From IMG/VR virus record IMGVR_UViG_3300047476_000872, positions 1-28,645 of that record: a stretch of 28,645 nucleotides of DNA; one strand, given 5' to 3'. A model generated the notes under the pieces. That model was given only the letters and a program-made list of their open reading frames with translations. It was not told the DNA's origin and made no database searches. The position numbers and the translations under genes are program-made. This DNA is from a virus (lineage: Duplodnaviria > Caudoviricetes). Shown piece by piece: positions 17,670 to 25,425 of the stretch. Position 1 is the stretch's first letter; every line of letters begins with the position of its first letter.

Positions 17670-18987
17670 TCATTATCTCCTTGAGTTCTGCTAAAGGTTC
17701 ATCCCATACTCGGGGTTTCTGTTGTCTCAATATTGTAACGTGATCACCATACCAAGGTGATTGCTTCATGCTATGACACCATGTATAGTATGCTGAGATA
17801 GGAGTGATGATTATTGTCCTCTTACCCATTGCCGCAGAAGCGTGTGCAACAGAGGTGCAGCTAGTTATAAGCACATCTAGGTTTTCTATGATGGCAAGCG
17901 TCTGATCAAAATCAGTCAAATATTTACTGTAGTCTTCAATATTGTAATCACAAAGTTCTTCTAAACCTGTATCACGTTGAATGCTAAAGAAATTAGCATC
18001 AAGATACATGAGAGAACCGTACATGTCATCAAGTGGTATTGAACGATGTAGGTCTTGATCATAACCAGGATTGCCTTGCCAGCGCAGTCCTATTCTCAGC
18101 TTATCTTTAGGCATATATGCATCATAGTGTTTAACAAGGTCTTCTTTAGCCTTGAGATATGAACCTGCCCACAAATCTTTGTATTCAAGATTTAGATAGA
18201 CCGGTAGATCCATTGAGTGTGTCCAGTATGCGTCTTTATCTTTGATATCACGAACATCACTGACAGTCTTGAAGCCATTGCGATTGAAAATAGAAGCTAT
18301 GTCTTTGCGTTCAGAGAACCAGATAGGGTTCATTCCGCGCCCTCGGAGATGCTTCATGAAGCGAACATTGATGAACTCATCACCTATGCCTGCTTCTGCA
18401 CGAATAACTATGGTTTTACCTTCATCTATCTGACCTTCCCAGAACTTGAAAGGTAGAGAAGGTTTTTTCCAATATTCTAGCTTACGACCTTCAAAAAGAA
18501 ACTTACGAAGACCAGACTGAAACTCGTCTCTCAATAGCTCATATGTTCCAAGATTGAAGCGTATCTTAGTCTTAGTCATCTCGTCATGTTTTGGGTTATC
18601 TAGTTCTGTTCTCAGAATAGCTTCAGCTTTATCTTTCTGGTTCAGTAGAAAAAATGAGAACGCTTTCTCAAGCTTTACATCTAGATCATTTGGATTGATT
18701 ATCTCAAGCTGCTTGATCAATGTCATGGCTCGTTCAGGATAGTTTGCATGATTGGCTACGTTGATCACATTGTATTTGGCAGGGTACAATCCCTGTGTTG
18801 GTGCGGATGTAAGAGCCAACTCAGCATACTTCAACGCTTTTTCATACTCTTTGATCTTGAAGTAGCATTTAGCTACATCATCATACTGCTGAAACATGGT
18901 TGAATTCCGAGCCAGCGCGTCAAGCACAGTTACGGCAGCCAACTTTTCACCCATCTGATCAAGAGATAAGACTAACTGCTCAAGCAT
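17647..18987 (-). CDS. TPR-repeat + GT9-like glycosyltransferase
   Basis: Helical TPR-like N-terminal ~165 aa, then AEAGIGDE, IGLRWQGNP..DLHRSIPL, DVLITSCTSVAHASAAMGK, SPWY, RQ. Confidence 0.82.
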   Translation of the reverse strand: MLEQLVLSLDQMGEKLAAVTVLDALARNSTMFQQYDDVAKCYFKIKEYEKALKYAELALTSAPTQGLYPAKYNVINVANHANYPERAMTLIKQLEIINPNDLDVKLEKAFSFFLLNQKDKAEAILRTELDNPKHDEMTKTKIRFNLGTYELLRDEFQSGLRKFLFEGRKLEYWKKPSLPFKFWEGQIDEGKTIVIRAEAGIGDEFINVRFMKHLRGRGMNPIWFSERKDIASIFNRNGFKTVSDVRDIKDKDAYWTHSMDLPVYLNLEYKDLWAGSYLKAKEDLVKHYDAYMPKDKLRIGLRWQGNPGYDQDLHRSIPLDDMYGSLMYLDANFFSIQRDTGLEELCDYNIEDYSKYLTDFDQTLAIIENLDVLITSCTSVAHASAAMGKRTIIITPISAYYTWCHSMKQSPWYGDHVTILRQQKPRVWDEPLAELKEIMNAEFGNR

Positions 18988-19528
18988 TCTTTATTACCAT
19001 CATCTTAAAGTGGATTTCTTGTATTGTATTATTGTATATGCGAGCCATAAAATTTACTTCTTCTTCAGACTTGTCCGCAATCATATCTTTGAAACTTGGT
19101 TCTAATAGATAGTTGTATTCAAAGATTTCAAAATCAACATCAAGCACATTTGCAAAACCGCTCCACGAAGAATTGATATAACTCTGAGTATCACAGAACT
19201 TCTTAGATAAAGGCCTCATATTTTCTATCGTGATTGCTCTCACATGCGACAGATCACCAAGAAAGTAGTCGTGTCTGGGATGCGGCACATGCACATCAAT
19301 AACTGCTTCGTGCTGGCAAACACGATAGATTTCTTTAAGCAGATTGAAGAACCCATCACCGATATGTTCAAAGACATGATGAGCAAGCATATACTCAACT
19401 GAGTTATCTTCAAAAGGCAAAGGTTCTTTATTCATATCACAGATGTAATCCGGATTACACTTTGGATCACTATCAAGATTTACGAAGCCAGCAAATCTCT
19501 TGATACCACTACCTAGATTAACTTTCAT
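18980..19528 (-). CDS. Class I SAM-dependent methyltransferase (type 11-like)
   Basis: Motifs VNLGSG, GFVNLD, LPFEDNSV, HVFEH, KEIYRV, VPH. Confidence 0.82.
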   Translation of the reverse strand: MKVNLGSGIKRFAGFVNLDSDPKCNPDYICDMNKEPLPFEDNSVEYMLAHHVFEHIGDGFFNLLKEIYRVCQHEAVIDVHVPHPRHDYFLGDLSHVRAITIENMRPLSKKFCDTQSYINSSWSGFANVLDVDFEIFEYNYLLEPSFKDMIADKSEEEVNFMARIYNNTIQEIHFKMMVIKNA

Positions 19529-20118
19529 TCTTTCACCTTCATATAGATTGCAGCGTTGTTTGTAAAACCTTGAAGTGGAGTTAACTTATCTGCATAGACG
19601 TTTACGAAGCTATCTATACCAAGCTTTGGGCAATCATAGATAGGAAACTCGTTAAAACCCCAGAGATAGTCATCACAGTAAATTAGGCCGCCGGTTTTGA
19701 GTAGTCTGAACGAGAGTATGAGGTCAAGGTTTACATCGGCTGCTGTGTGTGAACCATCAACATATACAAAATCAAATATCTTCTTGTGTGTAGCATTAAG
19801 CAAAGACAATGCTGTATAGGAATCAAATGGATAATACTTAACCCTGTTACTAAATTCTTTGATGTTATGCTTGAAATTCTCTTCTACAGTTTTCCAATTG
19901 ATTTCTGGATTCTCTGGGTCATGATCTTTACCACCTTTCCAGGTATCAATAGTTGTGACCTTGCAATCGGGCACATTGTCTAGAAACCATACGGCGGACC
20001 TACCTTCAAATGCACCTATCTCTAATATCTCAGGCGGACTATCGCCTTTGAACCCAGCAAAGAGCCTTGTCAGATTAGGAATGTTTGAACTGAACCAGTC
20101 GTGATCAAATTTATACAT
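19525..20118 (-). CDS. Class I SAM-dependent methyltransferase (Methyltransf_24-like)
   Basis: Motifs ILEIGAFEGRS, IDTW, FDFVYVDGSH, LKTGGLIYCDDY. Confidence 0.88.
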   Translation of the reverse strand: MYKFDHDWFSSNIPNLTRLFAGFKGDSPPEILEIGAFEGRSAVWFLDNVPDCKVTTIDTWKGGKDHDPENPEINWKTVEENFKHNIKEFSNRVKYYPFDSYTALSLLNATHKKIFDFVYVDGSHTAADVNLDLILSFRLLKTGGLIYCDDYLWGFNEFPIYDCPKLGIDSFVNVYADKLTPLQGFTNNAAIYMKVKE

Positions 20119-20127
20119 AATGTATCC

Positions 20128-20826
20128 TTAAGCGAATGTTGAAAATATTTCTCTAGCATATTCGTGCCAATCATCTTTACGGCCTGTAATCGTAGTCTCA
20201 TCTGGTGCATCAAATGCATAGAAGCCAGTCTGTACCAATGAGAATAGATCAGCACGAATGAGCATATCAGCCGGTGCTGCAAGACCAAACTTGATAACAT
20301 GTGAGACTAACTGTCTTGCTACAGCAGGATCTACAGCATACGCATGAGCGCGACAAATAAACTTGTAGTTCTTCGTTGCTGCTGAATGTGGAGGAAAACT
20401 AGGCCAGCCAGTCTTCAATTGACTATAATTGCCGAGATAGTTGATCTGATTCCATCCGTCATGCCAGATATACTTATTGACCATTATAGCATCATGCTCA
20501 AGTATGACAATAGGTATATCGATCTTGACGCAATGTGACCAAAGGGAATAGTGAGAGAGAATTGTTGCGACTTCTGTGATGGTAAGACGATCATTCATCT
20601 GCTTGAGGAAACGATAATGATCTTGATCTTTGGCGTGATCGGGATAGTGTATCTCACCTGAAGTACCGTCAAATGCATCCCAAACATGAAATGGTTGTTC
20701 AGCTTTGATGCAGGAATCTTGGCAGCGAAGTGAAAGTTCTTCTGACTTAGGATGACCTTTGAGGGTAATGATGTATGCTTCTACATCATCAAAATGCATC
20801 TTATAATCAAGCGTGTCTATCTTCAT
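20128..20826 (-). CDS. Glycosyltransferase family 25-like
   Basis: Motifs YIITL, AFDG, LSHYSLW, PIVILEHDA, AHAYAVDPAVA. Confidence 0.72.
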   Translation of the reverse strand: MKIDTLDYKMHFDDVEAYIITLKGHPKSEELSLRCQDSCIKAEQPFHVWDAFDGTSGEIHYPDHAKDQDHYRFLKQMNDRLTITEVATILSHYSLWSHCVKIDIPIVILEHDAIMVNKYIWHDGWNQINYLGNYSQLKTGWPSFPPHSAATKNYKFICRAHAYAVDPAVARQLVSHVIKFGLAAPADMLIRADLFSLVQTGFYAFDAPDETTITGRKDDWHEYAREIFSTFA

Positions 20827-21184
20827 ATGGCACCTTCACATAGTAAGTATTGTTTTCAGAACAGAACTTTTCAATCTCAACATACACAGCATAGTCTATC
20901 ACTGGCTTCATTTCAATCACCCTGAGAAACTGATGGTCTTCTTTTGTTTCTACAGAGATGAGAATACCACACTTGTTAGGTTTCATCCACTCAGGAAAAA
21001 GATGCTGTGTCCAAGCACATTGATAGTTGCGACACATGCTTGGTCTGTCTTTGTATATAGTGCAGATTTTGTTGATGAGAAATTGGCAGGGTTTACCATG
21101 GCCGAATGGATGACCATTGACTTTGCCAATAAGCCACCCATCGCAACATGCTGTACATTCATCACAAGGTCTAAATTCACTCAT
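20807..21184 (-). CDS. YkgJ-like CxxCxxCC cysteine-cluster (Fe-S/Zn) protein
   Basis: CDECTACC...PCQFL...CTIYKDRPSMCRNYQC. Confidence 0.82.
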   Translation of the reverse strand: MSEFRPCDECTACCDGWLIGKVNGHPFGHGKPCQFLINKICTIYKDRPSMCRNYQCAWTQHLFPEWMKPNKCGILISVETKEDHQFLRVIEMKPVIDYAVYVEIEKFCSENNTYYVKVPYEDRHA

Positions 21185-21202
21185 GAACTTATATAGTAGA
21201 GA

Positions 21203-22396
21203 TTACCAGCAGTCTTCTCTTATTGCGAGTGTGATATCACGACCTAAACTTACTTCTTTCCAATTAGTGCCGCCCGACACAGTTTGAACAGGTGATGATC
21301 TACTTATTAAATCATTTGTTCCTAACCTACCGTTATCACCAATACCCCACATCCATAGTGTACCATCTGTCTTGATCGCGGCGGTTTGTCCGCCGGCCTG
21401 ATCTCCGCCTGTAATAACTTGTTTCCAGTTATTACCGCCTGATACAGTTTGAACAGGAGAAGATACATCTGCTACTGAATTATTACCTAATATACCGTCA
21501 TCACCATTACCCCATAACCAAAGAGTACCGTCTGTTTTAATAGCTGCTGAACTTCCTTCACTTACAGATACTTGCTTCCAGTTATTACCGCCAGATATTG
21601 TCTGCACCGGCGAAGATTTTGTTGTTTCAGTGTTGTCGCCTAATCTGCCGCCCGGCCCTGAACCCCACAACCATAATGTACCATCTGTCTTGATAGCTGC
21701 TGAGTGAAAAGTTGAAATACTAACTTGTTTCCAGTTAGTGCCACCAGATACAGTTTGGACAGGAGATGATTGATCAGTTACAGTATTAGTACCTAATTTA
21801 CCATTAGATCCGCCACCCCATAGCCATAAAGTACCATCAGTCTTGATTGCTGCTGAGTTAACACATCCTAAACTTACTTGTTTCCAATTACTACCACCTG
21901 ATACTGTCTGAACTGGTGATGAATAGTTTATGGTCGTACTTAGTCCAATTTGACCATTTGCACCAATACCCCACAACCATAATGTACCATCTGTCTTGAT
22001 AGCTGCTGAAAAACCAAGACCAACACTTACCTGTTTCCAGTTGGTGCCACCTGATACTGTCTGGACCGGTGATGAACGAGAAATGATATCATTTGTTCCT
22101 AACCTACCGTTACCACCGTTGCCCCAAACCCATAATGTTCCATCAGTCTTGATTGCCGCGGTGTGAATGGTGCCATCAGTATCGTTTGAAACTGCTTGTT
22201 TCCAATTTGTGCCACCTGATACTGTCTGAACCGGTGATGAAAAATCTATTAAAGAGTTTTTACCTAAAGATCCATCAACACCATCACCCCATAACCATAG
22301 TCCGCCTTCAGAGAAGTATTCTTTGCGAACGAACACATCATCAAAGTCTGCTGTTCTGCTATCATATGGAAATTTGTAACCTGACTGACAACCCAT
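21203..22396 (-). CDS. RCC1/BLIP-II-like 7-bladed beta-propeller protein
   Basis: Seven ~51-aa repeats of AAIKTDGTLWLWG..G.LG....SSPVQTVSGGTNWKQVS. Confidence 0.92.
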   Translation of the reverse strand: MGCQSGYKFPYDSRTADFDDVFVRKEYFSEGGLWLWGDGVDGSLGKNSLIDFSSPVQTVSGGTNWKQAVSNDTDGTIHTAAIKTDGTLWVWGNGGNGRLGTNDIISRSSPVQTVSGGTNWKQVSVGLGFSAAIKTDGTLWLWGIGANGQIGLSTTINYSSPVQTVSGGSNWKQVSLGCVNSAAIKTDGTLWLWGGGSNGKLGTNTVTDQSSPVQTVSGGTNWKQVSISTFHSAAIKTDGTLWLWGSGPGGRLGDNTETTKSSPVQTISGGNNWKQVSVSEGSSAAIKTDGTLWLWGNGDDGILGNNSVADVSSPVQTVSGGNNWKQVITGGDQAGGQTAAIKTDGTLWMWGIGDNGRLGTNDLISRSSPVQTVSGGTNWKEVSLGRDITLAIREDCW

Positions 22397-23604
22397 TACC
22401 AGTCTCCTTCTTCTCTAATAGAACTTGTAACTCCACCACCTGCACTTACCTGTTTCCAGTTAGTACCGCCTGATATAGTTTGAACAGGAGATGATATGTT
22501 TACAACAACATCACCACCTAATTTGCCGTTAGTACCGTTACCCCACAACCAAAGAGTACCATCGGTCTTGATTGCCGCCGCGTATCCTTGTCCCATCGAT
22601 ACTTGTTTCCAATTGGTTCCACCTGATACGGTCTGTACTGGAGATGAACGTGCAATTACTTCATTGTTACCTAATTCACCGCTAGCATTACATCCCCAAA
22701 CCCACAAAGTACCATCGGTCTTGATTGCTGCCGCGTGTGCTTGTCCCATAGATACTTGTTTCCAGTTGGTCCCACCTGATACAGTCTGAACTGGCGATGA
22801 TCTGGCAATTACTTCATTGTTGCCTAATCTACCGTTATTACCGTTACCCCACAACCAAAGAGTACCATCTGTCTTGATAGCAGCAGATGCTCCATTTATG
22901 CTAACTTGTTTCCAGTTGCTACCGCCTGACACAGTTTGAATTGGTGAATTCGCAGTTGGATTTTGAATATAATTATCTCCAAGTTGACCATTTGAATTTA
23001 CACCCCATAGCCATAAAGTACCATCTGTTTTGATAGCAGAAGTATAATCATCACTTAAGCTTAAAGATATTTGTTTCCAGTTAGTACCACCAGATATAGT
23101 TTGAACAGGAGATGATCTAGATGTTGCACCGTTGCCGATTTGACCGAAACCGCCTTGACCCCACATCCATAAAGTACCATCGGTTTTTATGCCTCCAGTA
23201 TTTCTAGATCCAGCAGAGACTTTTCTCCAGTTAGTACCTGCTGATATCGTTTGAATAGGTGATGATTTACTTAAAACAGTATTATCACCTAAACGACCTG
23301 CGCCACCAGAGCCCCACAACCAAAGAGTGCCGTCACTTTTTATTCCAACAGAATGATCTGATCCTGAAGAAATTTGAAACCAATTAGTGCCACCTGATAT
23401 AGTTTGAATTGGTGATGATGTATTTACTATAGTATTATTACCTAATTCACCATCAACATTAGAACCCCATAACCACAATGAAGGTGTTTTCACAGGATCG
23501 ATCAAATTGGCATACACATCAAGAAGATAAGACTTCTCAACGAACTCTTCTGAAACATCTCTGCCGTTTGAATCTATGAAACAAGTATTATAGTTGGTTG
23601 ACAT
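22396..23604 (-). CDS. RCC1/BLIP-II-like 7-bladed beta-propeller protein
   Basis: Seven repeats of the same unit; TAATG coupling to the next gene. Confidence 0.92.
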   Translation of the reverse strand: MSTNYNTCFIDSNGRDVSEEFVEKSYLLDVYANLIDPVKTPSLWLWGSNVDGELGNNTIVNTSSPIQTISGGTNWFQISSGSDHSVGIKSDGTLWLWGSGGAGRLGDNTVLSKSSPIQTISAGTNWRKVSAGSRNTGGIKTDGTLWMWGQGGFGQIGNGATSRSSPVQTISGGTNWKQISLSLSDDYTSAIKTDGTLWLWGVNSNGQLGDNYIQNPTANSPIQTVSGGSNWKQVSINGASAAIKTDGTLWLWGNGNNGRLGNNEVIARSSPVQTVSGGTNWKQVSMGQAHAAAIKTDGTLWVWGCNASGELGNNEVIARSSPVQTVSGGTNWKQVSMGQGYAAAIKTDGTLWLWGNGTNGKLGGDVVVNISSPVQTISGGTNWKQVSAGGGVTSSIREEGDW

Positions 23605-23605
23605 T

Positions 23606-24244
23606 TTACTCTATTACAATTGCGTCTAGTTGTGCTAGTGTAGTGCAAGCATCGATTTCAACTGATTTTGTTTCTTCCCAATCAAAGCATCCTTGTATGT
23701 ATGCTGTACCTGAAGCTACAATAATACCAAGTTCTGCTTTAGTAAGTGTCAGCCATGTGTTTGGAAACTTCCAATTTACGGTGTCATTCTCGCCCATGAC
23801 CGCATACTTCTGAAAGAAGATATCGCGATTACCTCTTGATGTGTCACACCATACAGGCACATTCTGTACTGTCAGTGTAATACCTGCATTTTCTCGAATA
23901 TATCGTTCGGCTGCAACAAGTGTTTTAAGTTCGCCCTTGACAAGATCAATTGGTTTATCTACAGCGGTCCATGTTGCAGTTGCTTCATCATTATCATAAG
24001 TCCAAAATGGACCTTCGTGACGCTGTGTTTTTGCGTTTAGTTCGGCATAAACTTCATTTACTTTGCGAACACGAACGTTTGGTAGAATGTCATAAGGTAC
24101 TCTCTGCTCATCTGAAGCAAGAATAGTTGGCGCCTGATCTAGATCAAGATCACTTTGAAGAACTGATGCGATATACCTTGGATTCCAATTGATTGGACCT
24201 AGAAGAACTTCGTCATAGTCATGATGATGTGTAATAACGTACAT
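23606..24244 (-). CDS. DUF4376-like tail fibre-associated / assembly protein
   Basis: C-terminal AAERYIRENAGI...VNWKF..WLTLTKAEL...YIQGCFDWE...IDACTTLAQLDAI pattern. Start likely ATG 24244 (GGAG RBS, 6-nt spacer). Confidence 0.7.
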   Translation of the reverse strand: MYVITHHHDYDEVLLGPINWNPRYIASVLQSDLDLDQAPTILASDEQRVPYDILPNVRVRKVNEVYAELNAKTQRHEGPFWTYDNDEATATWTAVDKPIDLVKGELKTLVAAERYIRENAGITLTVQNVPVWCDTSRGNRDIFFQKYAVMGENDTVNWKFPNTWLTLTKAELGIIVASGTAYIQGCFDWEETKSVEIDACTTLAQLDAIVIE

Positions 24245-24256
24245 TGTTTTCTCCAA

Positions 24257-25423
24257 TTATGCTTCTGTAAATGTGATGGCCATGGTATGGTCTGAACCAT
24301 GACAGACTGCTTTCCAATAACGGCCTGCACTTATTTCTTGTACCGGTGACGAGCGGTCAGTACCGGCTGTATAAAGGCCTAATTGTCCTGCGCTGTTATC
24401 ACCCCAGAGCCATAGTGTGCCGTCTGTTTTTACAGCAGCGCCTGATGTTCGACCTAGGCCTACTTGTTTCCAGTTTGTACCACCTGAGACAGTCTGGACT
24501 GGTGATGATCTTGGAACATTGGTGCTGTTATTACCTAGTCGGCCGCCGTTACCTTCTTCACCCCAGAGCCATAGAGTTCCATCTGTCTTGATTGCTGCTG
24601 TACTGGTGCAACCGACTGAAAGCTGTTTCCAGTTTGTACCACCTGAGACAGTCTGGACTGGTGATGATCTTGTAATAACATTATTACCGCCTAATTGACC
24701 AGCCGCATTTATGCCCCACATCCATAGAGTGCCATCAGTTTTGATTGCACCGGAATGAGTATAACCTAGAGAAAGTTGTTTCCAATTTGTGCCTGCTGAA
24801 ACAGTCTGTACGGGAGATGAACTGTGAACGACATTGTTGGTACCTAATTCGCCGTTAGTATTACATCCCCACATCCACAAAGTGCCATCGGTCTTTATTG
24901 CACCTAAGAAGTTATCTCCTGATGAAACTTGCTTCCAGTTTGTACCGCCTGATATGGTTTGAACAGGAGATGATCTATCAACAACGCTGTTGTTAGCCAT
25001 TTTACCATTCGCGCCTGCGCCCCATAACCAAAGAGTACCATCTGTCTTGATGGCACCGACTGACCAGTTTCCAACAGAGACTTGTCTCCAGTTGGTGCCC
25101 GCAGATACAGTTTGCACAGGCGATGATCTATCAACAGTGCTGTTATTGCCCAACCTACCGCTGCCGCCGCTGCCCCACAACCACAAAGTACCGTTAGTCT
25201 TGATTGCAGCAACAGTGGTACAACCAGCAGAAATTTCTGCCCAGTTAGTACCACCAGATATTGTTTGAACTGGAGACGATCTATCAATTGTACTGTTATT
25301 ACCTAATCTACCGTCAACACCATCGCCCATACCCCACAACTGATTACCAACATATCTGTCAATAATCTCAGCTTCGGTAATGAATATGTCTTTGAGGCAA
25401 CCGCCTAATGACTGAATTGGCAT
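24257..25423 (-). CDS. RCC1/BLIP-II-like 7-bladed beta-propeller protein
   Basis: Seven repeats of the same unit; starts 2 nt after the tail fibre stop. Confidence 0.92.
   Translation of the reverse strand: MPIQSLGGCLKDIFITEAEIIDRYVGNQLWGMGDGVDGRLGNNSTIDRSSPVQTISGGTNWAEISAGCTTVAAIKTNGTLWLWGSGGSGRLGNNSTVDRSSPVQTVSAGTNWRQVSVGNWSVGAIKTDGTLWLWGAGANGKMANNSVVDRSSPVQTISGGTNWKQVSSGDNFLGAIKTDGTLWMWGCNTNGELGTNNVVHSSSPVQTVSAGTNWKQLSLGYTHSGAIKTDGTLWMWGINAAGQLGGNNVITRSSPVQTVSGGTNWKQLSVGCTSTAAIKTDGTLWLWGEEGNGGRLGNNSTNVPRSSPVQTVSGGTNWKQVGLGRTSGAAVKTDGTLWLWGDNSAGQLGLYTAGTDRSSPVQEISAGRYWKAVCHGSDHTMAITFTEA
24465..24672. repeat. Perfect 49-bp direct repeat (24465-24513 and 24624-24672) in adjacent propeller blades
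   Basis: tgtttccagtttgtaccacctgagacagtctggactggtgatgatcttg occurs twice, 159 nt apart. Confidence 0.9.
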
Positions 25424-25425
25424 TC

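Noticed and set aside
12221-21184. Host chromosomal LPS locus or chimeric assembly
   Set aside because: The genes are tightly coupled to phage structural genes on both sides, share the gap holding the gp13 late promoter, and show no integrase, att site or housekeeping context. Read-level confirmation is still advisable.
14229-21184. DNA hypermodification pathway
   Set aside because: No nucleotide-modifying genes (thymidylate synthase-like, TET/JBP-like, DNA methyltransferase motifs) were recognised, and the families resemble surface-glycan enzymes. Not formally excluded.
21188-21200. CTACTATATAA on the minus strand upstream of the CxxCxxCC gene as a late promoter for the glycan block
   Set aside because: It deviates from TATAAATA and lies only a few nt from the ATG; plausible but not supportable without TSS data.
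21203-25423. Regularly spaced ~150-160 nt repeats as a CRISPR array
   Set aside because: The repeats are degenerate at synonymous positions and lie in long open frames encoding propeller blades; no cas genes are present.
21203-25423. Diversity-generating retroelement TR/VR pairs among the propeller repeats
   Set aside because: No reverse transcriptase or non-coding template repeat in the window, and differences between repeats are not restricted to adenines.
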